Shown: positions 37,065 to 49,010, numbered from the stretch's first letter. The stretch is 64,000 nucleotides of DNA from an uncultured bacterium (GCA_942492765.1 OW818634.1:793159-857158), one strand, 5' to 3'. Notes: generated from the letters alone by a model not told the origin. Translations and numbers: made by a program.

Positions 37065-38240
37065 ATGAAGATAAATTCGCTTAAGAAATTAAAAGCCTTA
37101 TCAGGAAAGACGGTTTTCTTGCGGGTAGATTTCAACGTGCCCCTGAAAGACGGAAAGATAAAAGAAGATTATCGCATCAAGGCTGGGCTCGAGACGATCG
37201 AATTCTTGCTGAGCCGCGGCGCGCGCCTCGTGATCGCTTCGCATCTAGGCGAACCTAAAGGCTATGAAGCCGCGTCTTCGCTAAGACCAGTGGCGGCACG
37301 CTTAAAGACTCTCTTGAAGCGTCCGGTCAGATTTATGGGAGAGACTGTCGGCTCGAAAGTTTCGGCCGCAGCCAAGGAATTGAAAAAAGGCGAAGCGATC
37401 ATGTTGGAGAACTTGCGCTTCAATGAAGGCGAATATAAGAATGACGCTAAGTTCGCGGCTAGCTTAGCCGCTTTGGCTGACATATATGTCAATGATGCTT
37501 TCGCCGTCTGCCATCGCGACCAAACTTCTGTTTCCGCTATCAAGAAATATCTGCCGTCTTATGCCGGGTTATTGTTAGAGAAAGAGCTGACAGCGCTCAA
37601 TAAGATATTGAAGCCGAAGAAGCCGCTAGTCGTCATTATGGGCGGAGCGAAGATAGGCACGAAAGCGCCGCTCATCTCTAAATTATATCCGGCGGCCAGC
37701 CATATCCTCATCGGCGGCGCCTTAGCTAATAATTTTTTTAAATTTCAGGGGCTCGAGATCGGCCGTTCGCTGGTCGATGCTGATAGCGAGAAATATATCA
37801 AGAAATTTTTTAAAGGCAAGAAATTGATGCCTAAGATAATCTTGCCCCAAGATCTAGTCGTGAAGTCTAAGGACGGCCAAGCTAGGGTCATCGCCTCGAC
37901 GGCAGTCAGGGCGAGCGATACCATCCTTGATGTCGGTCCGGCATCTATCAGTAATTTTGCTTCTTATATAAAGAAAGCCAATACTTTAGCCTGGAACGGC
38001 CCGTTAGGAAAATTTGAAGAAGCGAGCTTTAAGCACGGAACTCTAGCGATCGCGATGTTGTTCGCGGCCCGTTCTTCCGGCTTGGCCTATGGAGTGGCTG
38101 GCGGCGGAGAAACGGTCGAGGCGCTTAATCTCGCTCAGGTCGCTGCATATGTTGATTGGGTATCGACAGCCGGCGGCGCTATGCTGACTTATCTCGGCGG
38201 CGGGAAGATGCCGGGACTCAAGAAAATAATTCAAGCTTAA
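37065..38240 (+). CDS. pgk: Phosphoglycerate kinase
   Basis: RVDFNVP, ASHLG(E)P, GGAKI..K, STAGGAML. Confidence 0.95.
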   Translation: MKINSLKKLKALSGKTVFLRVDFNVPLKDGKIKEDYRIKAGLETIEFLLSRGARLVIASHLGEPKGYEAASSLRPVAARLKTLLKRPVRFMGETVGSKVSAAAKELKKGEAIMLENLRFNEGEYKNDAKFAASLAALADIYVNDAFAVCHRDQTSVSAIKKYLPSYAGLLLEKELTALNKILKPKKPLVVIMGGAKIGTKAPLISKLYPAASHILIGGALANNFFKFQGLEIGRSLVDADSEKYIKKFFKGKKLMPKIILPQDLVVKSKDGQARVIASTAVRASDTILDVGPASISNFASYIKKANTLAWNGPLGKFEEASFKHGTLAIAMLFAARSSGLAYGVAGGGETVEALNLAQVAAYVDWVSTAGGAMLTYLGGGKMPGLKKIIQA

Positions 38241-38250
38241 TCTTAAATTT

Positions 38251-39510
38251 ATGGCAACCATCAAGAGCATTTCAGCTCGAGAAATCTTGGATGCGCGCGG
38301 CGTGCCGACGCTAGAAGCGAAGGTTACTCTGAGCAATGGGCTGAGCGGAGTGGCTAGCGTTCCTAGCGGCTCGGCTGAGGGTCAATACGAAGCCTTAGAT
38401 CTACGTGACGGGGACATGAAGCGCTATAAAGGCAAGGGAGTCTTAAAAGCCGTCAGTAAGATTAAGGAAATAATCGCTCCGGCCCTTATCGGTAAAAAGA
38501 TAACCGAGCAAGAAAAGATAGATAAGATAATCATCGAACTTGACGGAACCACTAATAAGAAGAATTTGGGGGCAAATTCTACCCTGGTAGTTTCTATGGC
38601 CTGCGCTCGCGCGGCAGCTCTCGACAGCAAACAAGAGCTATTCGTCTATCTCAGACAAGCTTTTTCTTTTTCGGAGCCGAAGATTCCGATACCGCTTTTC
38701 AATATTTTCAATGGCGGCAAGAATGCTGACACTAATCTTGATTTTCAAGAATTCTTGATTATTCCCAAAATGAATAACATCTCGGAGATTATCAGGCAGG
38801 GCGCAGAAATATGTTATGAGTTAGGAAATGTCTTGCGCGAATCCGGCTATAGCGCCAATACTGGCTCGTTGGGCGGATATGCCCCAGAATTAGACTCCAC
38901 TATCGAAGCCCTAGAAATGATCATGGCGGCGACAGTCAGGGCTGGCTATAAGCCAGGAGAAGACACCCATCTCGGCATCGATGTCGGTTCATCGCTCCTG
39001 TATGATAAGGAAAAGAATAGGTATATCTTTCCGCTCGAGCAATCTTATTTCAGTTCCAGTAACCTGCTCGGCCTATATGATAGCTGGCTGAAGAAATATC
39101 CTATAATATATCTCGAAGACGGATTAGCCGATGACGATTGGGCGTCTTGGCGGGAATTGACTACGGAATTAGGCAAAAAGATTATCATCGCTGGCGATGA
39201 GCTATTTGCGACCAATATCAATCGTTTGCGCCAGGCTTTAGAAGAAAAAGTCGCTAATACTATCGTGATAAAACCAAGCCAGACTGGTACCTTGACTGAA
39301 ACAGTCGAATGTGTAAAACTTGCTCAGAAGCACGGCTATCGGGTAGTTATCTCACATCGCAGCGGAGAGACTACTGACGATTTTATAACCGATTTAGCCG
39401 TCGCTTGCGGCGCCGACTATCTAAAGGCCGGCTCGTTGAATCGCGGCGAACGCCTATCTAAATATAATCGTTTGCTAGCGATAGCTGATATCATTGAACA
39501 AGTATGGTAG
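38251..39510 (+). CDS. eno: Enolase
   Basis: SAREILDARGVPTLEA, IKPSQTGTLTE, SHRSGETTD. Confidence 0.95.
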   Translation: MATIKSISAREILDARGVPTLEAKVTLSNGLSGVASVPSGSAEGQYEALDLRDGDMKRYKGKGVLKAVSKIKEIIAPALIGKKITEQEKIDKIIIELDGTTNKKNLGANSTLVVSMACARAAALDSKQELFVYLRQAFSFSEPKIPIPLFNIFNGGKNADTNLDFQEFLIIPKMNNISEIIRQGAEICYELGNVLRESGYSANTGSLGGYAPELDSTIEALEMIMAATVRAGYKPGEDTHLGIDVGSSLLYDKEKNRYIFPLEQSYFSSSNLLGLYDSWLKKYPIIYLEDGLADDDWASWRELTTELGKKIIIAGDELFATNINRLRQALEEKVANTIVIKPSQTGTLTETVECVKLAQKHGYRVVISHRSGETTDDFITDLAVACGADYLKAGSLNRGERLSKYNRLLAIADIIEQVW

Positions 39511-40352
39511 TACTCGTGATCCTAGACGGCTGGGGCGTAGCTCCGGCTAGCGACGCTAACGCGATAACGGCCGCCAAGACCCCGACTTTTTTAAATCTGA
39601 TAAAAGAATATCCGGTCGCACTTCTTGAGGCTGGAGACAAGAGCCTGAATGCCCGTTATCTGACTTTGGGCAGCGGCCGAGAATTAGACGATGAGAATGT
39701 CGAAGCGAGGGCTAATCTTTCCGCGGTCATCGCTGCTGCCGGCTTGGCGCAAGTTAAAGTCGCGGAAACCGAAAGGTTCGCCGCCTTGACCCATTTTTTC
39801 AACGGCCATCATGAAGATAAATTCGCTCGGGAAGATTGGAAGATAATCTCTTCCAAGACCGGATCGAAGACCATCAAACCCTGTCTGACTCTGAAGCGGA
39901 CCGCTAAAGAGATAATCAGCCTGATTAATGCCGATGCAGCGCCTGATTTCTTAGCCGCAGCCATACCCTGTTTAGACCTGACGGCCGCGAGCGGAGATTT
40001 TTTAGAAAATAAGAAAGCGGTCGAGACCGTCGATAAGATACTTAAAGACATATTTTCCGCCGTGAATACGAAAGATGGCATCCTGATAATTACGGCGGCG
40101 GGCGGCAACGTTGAAAAATTAAAAGACATGGCGACTGATCTTCCAGATACGGAGCGGACCGATAATCCGGTTCCTCTCGTCATCGTCGGTTCAGCCTTCA
40201 AAGGCAAGACCATCGGTTTGGCTGATCCGCTTAATAACGATCTGAGCTCTCTGACTCCGGCTGGAACTCTGGCGGATGTAGCGCCGACCATACTCAGGAT
40301 AATGAAATTGGATATCCCGGCAGACATGACAGGGAAGAGCCTGATCGAATAA
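39504..40352 (+). CDS. Truncated, catalytically degenerate cofactor-independent phosphoglycerate mutase (iPGM)-like protein
   Basis: N-terminus VLVILDGWG and C-terminus LADVAPTILRIMKLDIPADMTGKSLI match iPGM ends. Only 282 aa (central transferase domain absent) and metal/phospho-Ser motifs altered. Confidence 0.65.
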   Translation: MVVLVILDGWGVAPASDANAITAAKTPTFLNLIKEYPVALLEAGDKSLNARYLTLGSGRELDDENVEARANLSAVIAAAGLAQVKVAETERFAALTHFFNGHHEDKFAREDWKIISSKTGSKTIKPCLTLKRTAKEIISLINADAAPDFLAAAIPCLDLTAASGDFLENKKAVETVDKILKDIFSAVNTKDGILIITAAGGNVEKLKDMATDLPDTERTDNPVPLVIVGSAFKGKTIGLADPLNNDLSSLTPAGTLADVAPTILRIMKLDIPADMTGKSLIE

Positions 40353-40408
40353 TCTTATAATCAACAGATTAAAATAATAGTAGTAACTTAAAAATAGGAG
40401 GATTAATC

Positions 40409-40858
40409 ATGATCAATTTGGATATCGATTTGCGCCGAGCTTTATTGCGGGCCATCGAAACTATAGATGATGATGACCAGCTGTTCTTGCAGATATTGCA
40501 GACAGTCGAAGGCCAGCATGTCTTTGGAAAAGACCAGGTGAAAGAATTTATCGACAGGGTCTTTACTGACCCAGTTTGCTTGAAAAAGGCCTGGGATACG
40601 CCAGGATTCCCATTCGTGGGGCTGAGTGATATCTATAAAAGGATAACCGGAGCAGAGCATCCCGTCTTCGTAGAATTATTCAGCCATTCATTTATCGCCG
40701 GAACTTACAAGGTCGAGGAAGAAACGCTGGGCAGCTGTGGCCATTTCTCATTGCTTGAGGTCAGGTATTATGGCATCGCGCCAAAAAAAGATAATCCCAT
40801 CTTGTTCAAAGTAAATAAAGGTGGAAATACTTACGTCGCCTCGCGCCCTCAATCTTAG
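40409..40858 (+). CDS. Hypothetical protein
   Basis: 149-aa ORF with AGGAGGA SD 6 nt upstream and terminator downstream. Confidence 0.5.
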   Translation: MINLDIDLRRALLRAIETIDDDDQLFLQILQTVEGQHVFGKDQVKEFIDRVFTDPVCLKKAWDTPGFPFVGLSDIYKRITGAEHPVFVELFSHSFIAGTYKVEEETLGSCGHFSLLEVRYYGIAPKKDNPILFKVNKGGNTYVASRPQS

Positions 40859-40885
40859 AAAAGCAATCTTTTAAGCCAAACAAAA

Positions 40886-40909
40886 ACCGGAAAAAAATCC
40901 GGTTTTTTT
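40886..40909. terminator. Terminator (bidirectional hairpin)
   Basis: accgga-aaaaaa-tccggt followed by a T-run. Confidence 0.6.
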
Positions 40910-40935
40910 ATTTGTCTTTTAAATTATGTCGTTGC

Positions 40936-41370
40936 TTATCGGATGATCAAGAAGCCGATGACGCTGGTCAGGAAGCCGACCGCGCCGCCAATCAGAACCT
41001 GAAGAGGGGTGTGTCCGATATGCTCCAAGAGCTTTGGATAATTATTGTCTAGGAATTCGTCTTCTTTCAGATCTTTGACTAGGACGTTCAAGGTCTTGCC
41101 GTGCTGACCAAGATAATTTCTCAGGCCGATAGCGTCGGTGATGACGATGGCCATAAAGACGAAAGCGACGGCGAATTCCGGCGTCGAGAGGCCGCGCGCT
41201 AGCGCCAGAATAGTGACGAGCGAGACGACAACCGCAGTATGTCCGGACGGCATGTCGGAATAAGCAAAGATATCGCGCCAGGTTAGTTTTTTCTTAAAGG
41301 ATTTGAGCAGGACTTTTGTGCCTTGGGCGAGAGCGAACGCGATGACCGGACAGGCGATATAGATGTACAT
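40936..41370 (-). CDS. Divergent PAP2 family (DUF212) membrane protein
   Basis: YSDMPSGHTAVVVSL and HTPLQVLIG motifs, 4 TM helices. Confidence 0.75.
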   Translation of the reverse strand: MYIYIACPVIAFALAQGTKVLLKSFKKKLTWRDIFAYSDMPSGHTAVVVSLVTILALARGLSTPEFAVAFVFMAIVITDAIGLRNYLGQHGKTLNVLVKDLKEDEFLDNNYPKLLEHIGHTPLQVLIGGAVGFLTSVIGFLIIR

Positions 41371-41374
41371 ATTT

Positions 41375-43492
<2,118 letters not shown>

Positions 43493-43608
43493 TTATCTTA
43501 GTATATTTTAGCAAAAAAAATAGGTTTTGGCAAATGTTTTTAACCCCGCTTTTTAAAACTAAAAAATCGTGTTATCATGATTATATAAAGTTAAAAAACC
43601 CTTAAATT

Positions 43609-44538
43609 ATGTCTAAAATCCTAGTAACCGGCGGCGCCGGTTTTATCGGTTCCACGCTGGCAGATCGCCTCATTTCCGAAGGCCATGAAGTCGTCGTTAT
43701 TGATGATCTTTCGTCCGGCTTGAAGGCCTATCTTAATCCGGCCGCCAAGTTCTATCACCTCGATATCGCTTCGCCTGAGGTGGCAGAAATGTTCAAGGTC
43801 GAGCGCTTCGATATCGTCTATCATCTGGCCGCTCAGATGGAGGTCATCAAATCCATGCTCGATCCGAAGCATGATAATGCCGTCAATCTTCAGGGAGGTT
43901 TCAATATCTTAGAGAATGCCCGCCTGAACGGAGTCAAGAAGATGATTTTTTCTTCGACCGGCGGAGCCGTCTATGGCGATGCGGCAGAAATTCCGACGAC
44001 AGAATCATATCCGACCTACCCGATCTCTTTCTATGGCATCCATAAGCTCGCCTTTGAAAAATATCTGAATTGCTATTATCAGGTCTACGGCTTAGATTAT
44101 ACTATTCTGCGTTTCGCTAACGTCTACGGCCCGCGCCAATTTAAGGGCGGAGAAGCCGGAGTCATCGCGATCTTCATTGATAACGCTGTTAAGGATCTGG
44201 AAAGCCGGCAGAACGGCGACGGCACGCAGACTCGCGACTTCGTCTATGTCGATGATGTCGCTGCGGCTCTGTCGCGCGCTAAAGAAATTTCTTATCAGGG
44301 CGAGATAAATATCGGCTCAGGCATTGAGACGAATCTTTTAGATATGCGCCGGGATATCAGCAAGGCTTTAGGCAAAGAGATGGCGGTCAAAGTCGGCCCG
44401 GCTAAGCCGGGAGAGCAGATGCGCAGCTGCCTGAACGTCGACCTCGCTAAGAAAATCTTAGATTGGGAACCCAAGGTCATGCTAGAAGAAGGCATACGGC
44501 GCACGATCGAGTGGGCGAAATCCGTCAATAATAAATAA
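43609..44538 (+). CDS. NAD-dependent epimerase/dehydratase (GalE-like SDR)
   Basis: ILVTGGAGFIGS Rossmann motif, YGIHK catalytic YxxxK. Confidence 0.85.
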   Translation: MSKILVTGGAGFIGSTLADRLISEGHEVVVIDDLSSGLKAYLNPAAKFYHLDIASPEVAEMFKVERFDIVYHLAAQMEVIKSMLDPKHDNAVNLQGGFNILENARLNGVKKMIFSSTGGAVYGDAAEIPTTESYPTYPISFYGIHKLAFEKYLNCYYQVYGLDYTILRFANVYGPRQFKGGEAGVIAIFIDNAVKDLESRQNGDGTQTRDFVYVDDVAAALSRAKEISYQGEINIGSGIETNLLDMRRDISKALGKEMAVKVGPAKPGEQMRSCLNVDLAKKILDWEPKVMLEEGIRRTIEWAKSVNNK

Positions 44539-44542
44539 AGCT

Positions 44543-45277
44543 ATGAAGACTATCATCGCTAATTGGAAAATGCAGCTTTCTTTAAAAGAAAGCTTGGAAT
44601 TGGCTAAACAGTCAGCCAAGAAGATAAAAGGGAAGAACAGGGTCGTGCTTTGTCCAGATTTTTTAGCCCTGCCTTTCGTTGGTCCGGTCCTGAAAGGAAC
44701 AGGCCTAGATCTAGGCGCTCAGAATAGCGCGATGGCTGGCCGCGGCGCTTATACCGGCGAGGTTTCTCCTTTGAATCTGAAAGCTTTAGGGGCTAAATAT
44801 GTGATTCTGGGCCATAGCGAAAGGCGCGAGCACTTGCATGAGAATTCCAGCGTCATTAATTTGAAGATAAAAGCCGCCTTAGAGAGCGGCTTGATTCCGG
44901 TTTTATGCGTCGGCGAGAAACTGGTAATCAGGAAGAACGGCGAAACCCAGGAATATCTTAGTCAGGAAATCGTTCATTCCCTGAAAGGCGTGAAAATAAA
45001 GAAAGCTTCCGATCTCTTGATCGCTTATGAACCGATCTGGGCGATCAGCACGAACAAGAATGCCCGCCCGATGAGCCCGGCCGAAGCCGATAGTATCCAT
45101 AAATTCATCGCCGCTAAAGCGTCGAGGATATTGAAGCAGCCGGTCGCTGTCTTATACGGTGGTAGCGTTAATGCCGCCAATGCGGCAGATTATCTCGGCC
45201 AGGAGAATATCGCCGGCCTCTTAGTCGGCGGAGCTTCTCTGAAGATTAAAGATTTTAGCTATATATGCTCAATATAA
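44543..45277 (+). CDS. tpiA: Triosephosphate isomerase
   Basis: IANWKM, LGHSERR, AYEPIWAI, YGGSV. Confidence 0.93.
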   Translation: MKTIIANWKMQLSLKESLELAKQSAKKIKGKNRVVLCPDFLALPFVGPVLKGTGLDLGAQNSAMAGRGAYTGEVSPLNLKALGAKYVILGHSERREHLHENSSVINLKIKAALESGLIPVLCVGEKLVIRKNGETQEYLSQEIVHSLKGVKIKKASDLLIAYEPIWAISTNKNARPMSPAEADSIHKFIAAKASRILKQPVAVLYGGSVNAANAADYLGQENIAGLLVGGASLKIKDFSYICSI

Positions 45278-46068
45278 TATCCCTCATCACCAGCGGTTTG
45301 GCCATAGCGGTCATCCTTTTCATCGTCATCAAGAAGTTTCCGGCTCTGGCTATTCTTGATGCGGAAAATATTCCTGGAGAGAAAGAAGCTAAATTCAAGG
45401 AGCAGATCATCAAGGCGCGCGTTGAGCGCGATTTGGCTCGTTGGGGTGGTTTTCTGGGCGGGATTTGGCTGTTCTTGAGTAAGCGCTTATCCGCCTCGCT
45501 CAAGTCTCATCAGACCAGCTTGAAGAAGATTAGGACGGGCTACCGGACGAATATCAAGATGCCTTGGCTGGAGAAGCAGAAGAAGATTAAGGAATTAGCG
45601 TCAGCTGCTGAGGATTTCCTGAAGAAGGAAGATGAGAAGTCGGCGGAAGAGAAGCTGCTAGAGATTATCAGCCTTGATTCTAAGAATCTCGGCGCTTTTT
45701 TCGAGCTGGGAGAATTATATGTCAGCCAGAAGAAATGGTCGGAGGCGAGCCAGACTTTTGACTATGCCTTGAAACTAGCCCGCCAGCTCCAGAATACCGA
45801 AGCGGCTGGAGAAATAACCCTGCAGCGGATATATTTCGCTCAGGCCGAAGTCGAAAAAGAGGCCGGAAATCTCGATGCCGCCCTGGAAAATATCCGAGAA
45901 GCCTTGGAATTAGAGCCGAATAGCCCCCGCTATCTTGATTTAATTTTATATTTAAGTATAATGAGAAAAGACAAATCTCTAGCGCAGGAATCCTGGGAGA
46001 AATTAGCCGCCGTCAATCCGGAAAACCAGAAGCTGGAGAAGTGGAAAGAGAAGATCGAAAATCTATAA
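45265..46068 (+). CDS. Membrane-anchored TPR-repeat protein
   Basis: N-terminal TM helix, TPR-like helices (ALENIREALELEPNSPRY); overlaps tpiA by 13 nt. Confidence 0.6.
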   Translation: MLNIISLITSGLAIAVILFIVIKKFPALAILDAENIPGEKEAKFKEQIIKARVERDLARWGGFLGGIWLFLSKRLSASLKSHQTSLKKIRTGYRTNIKMPWLEKQKKIKELASAAEDFLKKEDEKSAEEKLLEIISLDSKNLGAFFELGELYVSQKKWSEASQTFDYALKLARQLQNTEAAGEITLQRIYFAQAEVEKEAGNLDAALENIREALELEPNSPRYLDLILYLSIMRKDKSLAQESWEKLAAVNPENQKLEKWKEKIENL

Positions 46069-46072
46069 GAGC

Positions 46073-46148
46073 GCCGTTGTAGCTCAGCTGGTAGAGCATC
46101 TCCATGGTAAGGAGAAGGTCACCGGTTCAATCCCGGTCAACGGCTCCA
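46073..46148 (+). tRNA. tRNA-Thr (anticodon GGU), CCA encoded
   Basis: Acceptor gccgttg/caacggc, anticodon stem tctcc/ggaga with loop auGGUaa, T-loop ttcaatc. Confidence 0.9.
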
Positions 46149-46155
46149 GAGTTGA

Positions 46156-46185
46156 AAAATCTCCTATACTATTAGGGGATTTTTT
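46156..46185 (+). terminator. Terminator after tRNA-Thr
   Basis: aaaatctcct / aggggatttt stem (one G-U) plus T-run. Confidence 0.6.
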
Positions 46186-46189
46186 ATAT

Positions 46190-46216
46190 AAAAAAGCCGG
46201 AATTATTTTTCCGGCT
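46190..46216 (-). terminator. Terminator of the minus-strand gene 46227..46892
   Basis: agccgg / ccggct stem, T-run on the minus strand. Confidence 0.55.
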
Positions 46217-46226
46217 TTGCTATTTT

Positions 46227-46892
46227 TTAATCATCATCACCACTGTCATCGCAGATATAGCAATACCCATAACAGGTACAGTGGCCGCAGTTGCAGCGAC
46301 TTGGGTTGATTGTATAGCAGCTCATGCAGACGTCTTCTCCCTTTGCTTGCGCGGCTTCTGCTAGCTGTTTTTTGATGGCCAGTTCTTCCGCTCTTTTTTT
46401 CTCCTCTAGCTTATCTTGCTCTATCTTTTCAAGTTTTTTTCGCTCTTCTTCTGCCGCTATTTTCTTAAATTCTTCCTCTAATCGCATTCCTTCCCATTTT
46501 TTTAACATTTTGTAATATTCTGGGTCATAACGGCTACGATCTATCAGCCTGGGTGGAGGCGGCATAATATTTGCTGGCTTTAAAGATCCGGAGCGGTCGA
46601 AAAAGATGATCCATATGATTACTAGATAGAAGAGATATATCGGCAGAAGAAGCCACATATTCCATTTATGCTGCGAGATTAAGTGTATCGGAACAAAAAT
46701 TAGGGCAGTAATCAAAAGAAGTATTAGGTAAGAGAAAAGTTCTCCATTTTTTTTGATATTTTCCTCCTGCGCTGCTTTTAGTTTTTCCTGCTTACCAATT
46801 TCTGTCCATAGCTCCGATAGGCTCCATTTATGCAAATGCAGTCTATCTAGATCAACTAAGGAGCCTCTATTAAGATCGTCTCTGTCTTTCAT
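46227..46892 (-). CDS. Hypothetical membrane protein with Lys/Glu-rich coiled coil and Cys-rich acidic tail
   Basis: Two TM helices, EEERKKLEKIEQDKLEEKKRAEEL segment, C-terminus CMSCYTINPSRCNCGHCTCYGYCYICDDSGDDD. Start set at ATG 46892; the track start 46916 is a TTG only ~9 nt from the predicted TSS. Confidence 0.5.
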   Translation of the reverse strand: MKDRDDLNRGSLVDLDRLHLHKWSLSELWTEIGKQEKLKAAQEENIKKNGELFSYLILLLITALIFVPIHLISQHKWNMWLLLPIYLFYLVIIWIIFFDRSGSLKPANIMPPPPRLIDRSRYDPEYYKMLKKWEGMRLEEEFKKIAAEEERKKLEKIEQDKLEEKKRAEELAIKKQLAEAAQAKGEDVCMSCYTINPSRCNCGHCTCYGYCYICDDSGDDD

Positions 46893-47026
46893 GACTCTTA
46901 AGTTTTTAAAATACAATTTTGAAATCTCAAAAGATTATCAACTTTTATTAGTATTGTCAATTATATATAATATTTTGTTTATTATTAGCAGATTATTTGT
47001 AAATACTTGATATTTGACCCATCGGA

Positions 47027-47055
47027 TTGACAAAAATCTTAAAAAGTAGTATAAT
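47027..47055 (+). promoter_or_regulatory. Consensus sigma70 promoter
   Basis: TTGACA - 17 nt - TATAAT; leaves a ~90-nt leader before the ATG at 47150. Confidence 0.65.
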
Positions 47056-47149
47056 TATTTGAACACAATGAGTAATGGATGCCTAGGCAAAAGTTGCTCT
47101 TTTACAACTAAATAACGAAAAAATAAACTAAAAATAAGGAGACTGAATC

Positions 47150-47728
47150 ATGGCATTCAACTTGAAAGATTCTATTATGACTGGAGCGATTGAAGGTTTC
47201 GTAGTAAATTTCTTCCACTCCATAGGCGAGAGCGCCAGTGCAACCGCCAAAGAAAAAGGCGGCGAATTTCTTAAAGCTAAGGTATTCGGCATCGGAACAA
47301 ATGACGAGCATTTATTCCTTTCGGCTTGCGCTTACGCGCTGAACAAAGGCATGGTGACACATGATCAACTGATTTTGATCTGCAAGGTTATCGATAGCTA
47401 TGCTCCTTCTCAGAGAAGCCGCATCATTGATACCTTGGGCAAGACTGAAGATGAAGTAATCATGGATGACACCGAGAAGACCCACATCAAAGCGAACGTC
47501 AAAGGCGCTTTCATGTTAGCCATGTTGGCTAAATTAGACGAACCGGAGATGAAGAAAATTCTAGAAACATCCGGAGCCACAAACAGTTTCGCGGAGAACA
47601 TCAGCAAACTGACCAAGAATGTAACCGAGAAGATCGAGGGAGGCAAGTTTAACGAAGATTGCAAAGATTTCTTCGCTAAAGAAACTTTTCTAGAGAAACT
47701 CGCGAGAGAAGCAAAAGCAAAAGTATAA
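47150..47728 (+). CDS. Hypothetical soluble protein
   Basis: 192-aa ORF with AAGGAG SD; no motif recognised. Confidence 0.5.
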   Translation: MAFNLKDSIMTGAIEGFVVNFFHSIGESASATAKEKGGEFLKAKVFGIGTNDEHLFLSACAYALNKGMVTHDQLILICKVIDSYAPSQRSRIIDTLGKTEDEVIMDDTEKTHIKANVKGAFMLAMLAKLDEPEMKKILETSGATNSFAENISKLTKNVTEKIEGGKFNEDCKDFFAKETFLEKLAREAKAKV

Positions 47729-47751
47729 CTTAAAAAATGGAGGATTAAAAA

Positions 47752-48969
47752 ATGCATCTTATTCTGATCTTATTAATCGTTGCCTTATTGGCAGCCCTTT
47801 TCTTTTCTAGCGGTTTCCGTAGCTGGCTTTGGCGCCAACTGACCGCTATCTGGACTCTAATCCAGATTTACTTCCCGGTAGTTTCGAGAATAGTCAGGAT
47901 CTATTATATGATCATTCTCGGCATCGCCGCTTTCGCGTTTCTTCTGATGATGATTTCTTTGCCGTTCCAACTTTCAAGCCTGACAGCCTTTGCTTTCGTA
48001 CTCGCCATCTCGGCGGTATTGCTAGCTTGGCTGCCAATAGGAATAGTCCTGAGGACTCTCAGAGCGACTTCATCGGTCATTCCAAAAATTCTGAAGACCT
48101 TTGTAGCTTATGTAGCTTTCGTCGGTTTTATCGGATTAATGTATCCTGACGCTATCAGTTTCAAGACCATGCTGGGCGCTGCTTTAGTGGGGTTTATCTG
48201 CCTCGGAGTAACGGCCAAGATCAATCTTTTGGATAAGATTATCTTTCCATTAGTGATCTTCATGTGCCTGGTAGCAGTCTGGAAATATGTTTCTCCTGAC
48301 GGTTTCCGCTCGACGGTAAGATATGCTAGCTCTTGGAGCAAGCAGCTGAATACCCACAAAGACAGGGGAAGCATCAGACATGAAACCGACGCCGCCACTA
48401 CTTACGGGATAATATTGAAGGATGTTGATATCCTTTATACGTTATCAGACGCAGGGTTATCGGATGTTACAGCGGATCTGGCTAAGGGCACTATCGTGAA
48501 ATTAGCCGATCACAAAGAAGAAGTTAAGATTATCGACGGTCAAGGCTTTGTCCAAATCCAGTTAGCAAAGGCGAATAAGTCTTTCGTCCGCGGCAAGAAA
48601 TACTGGATCGAAGCTGAATTCGTGCAATTAGCCTCTCCTCGCGATATTACTCCCGAGGAAGATATTTCCCATAATGCTAATAAGGCAGTGACTGTAACGA
48701 GCCAAGCTGATACTATCGCGGTTCTATATCCAGGAGCGCGCAAGTTCGACTTAGTAGACGGAAAGTCTACAGGCTGGCTGACGCTTCCTAAATTTGGTAA
48801 ATTCCGTTATAGCATTTCTTCTCCTAATTACAACTATAAGATTATTTTTTCAGACGGAAAAGAGTATGCAGGAGGACCAAATACGGTTATTCCTTGGCGA
48901 GAAAGACCGATCTTTAAGGTTATAGCTCTCGATAATGAGACTATTTCCGTATCGATCATGAAAGTTTGA
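47752..48969 (+). CDS. Hypothetical membrane protein (about 6 TM N-terminal half, beta-rich C-terminal domain)
   Basis: 405-aa ORF with GGAGGA SD, 23 nt after the previous gene. Confidence 0.55.
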   Translation: MHLILILLIVALLAALFFSSGFRSWLWRQLTAIWTLIQIYFPVVSRIVRIYYMIILGIAAFAFLLMMISLPFQLSSLTAFAFVLAISAVLLAWLPIGIVLRTLRATSSVIPKILKTFVAYVAFVGFIGLMYPDAISFKTMLGAALVGFICLGVTAKINLLDKIIFPLVIFMCLVAVWKYVSPDGFRSTVRYASSWSKQLNTHKDRGSIRHETDAATTYGIILKDVDILYTLSDAGLSDVTADLAKGTIVKLADHKEEVKIIDGQGFVQIQLAKANKSFVRGKKYWIEAEFVQLASPRDITPEEDISHNANKAVTVTSQADTIAVLYPGARKFDLVDGKSTGWLTLPKFGKFRYSISSPNYNYKIIFSDGKEYAGGPNTVIPWRERPIFKVIALDNETISVSIMKV

Positions 48970-48972
48970 TTT

Positions 48973-49010
48973 AAAGGGGTGGTATTCGATGAGAATATCA
49001 TCCCTTTTTT
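48973..49010 (+). terminator. Rho-independent terminator
   Basis: 15-bp stem (aaaggggtggtattc / gaatatcatcccttt, two G-U) plus T-run. Confidence 0.7.

Noticed and set aside
46893-46916. TTG start at 46916 for the Cys-tail protein, as in the ORF track.
   Set aside because: The predicted minus-strand promoter (TTGACA at 46955-46960, TAATCT at 46932-46937) would place the TSS ~9 nt from this TTG with no room for an SD. The ATG at 46892 is preferred, though the start remains uncertain.
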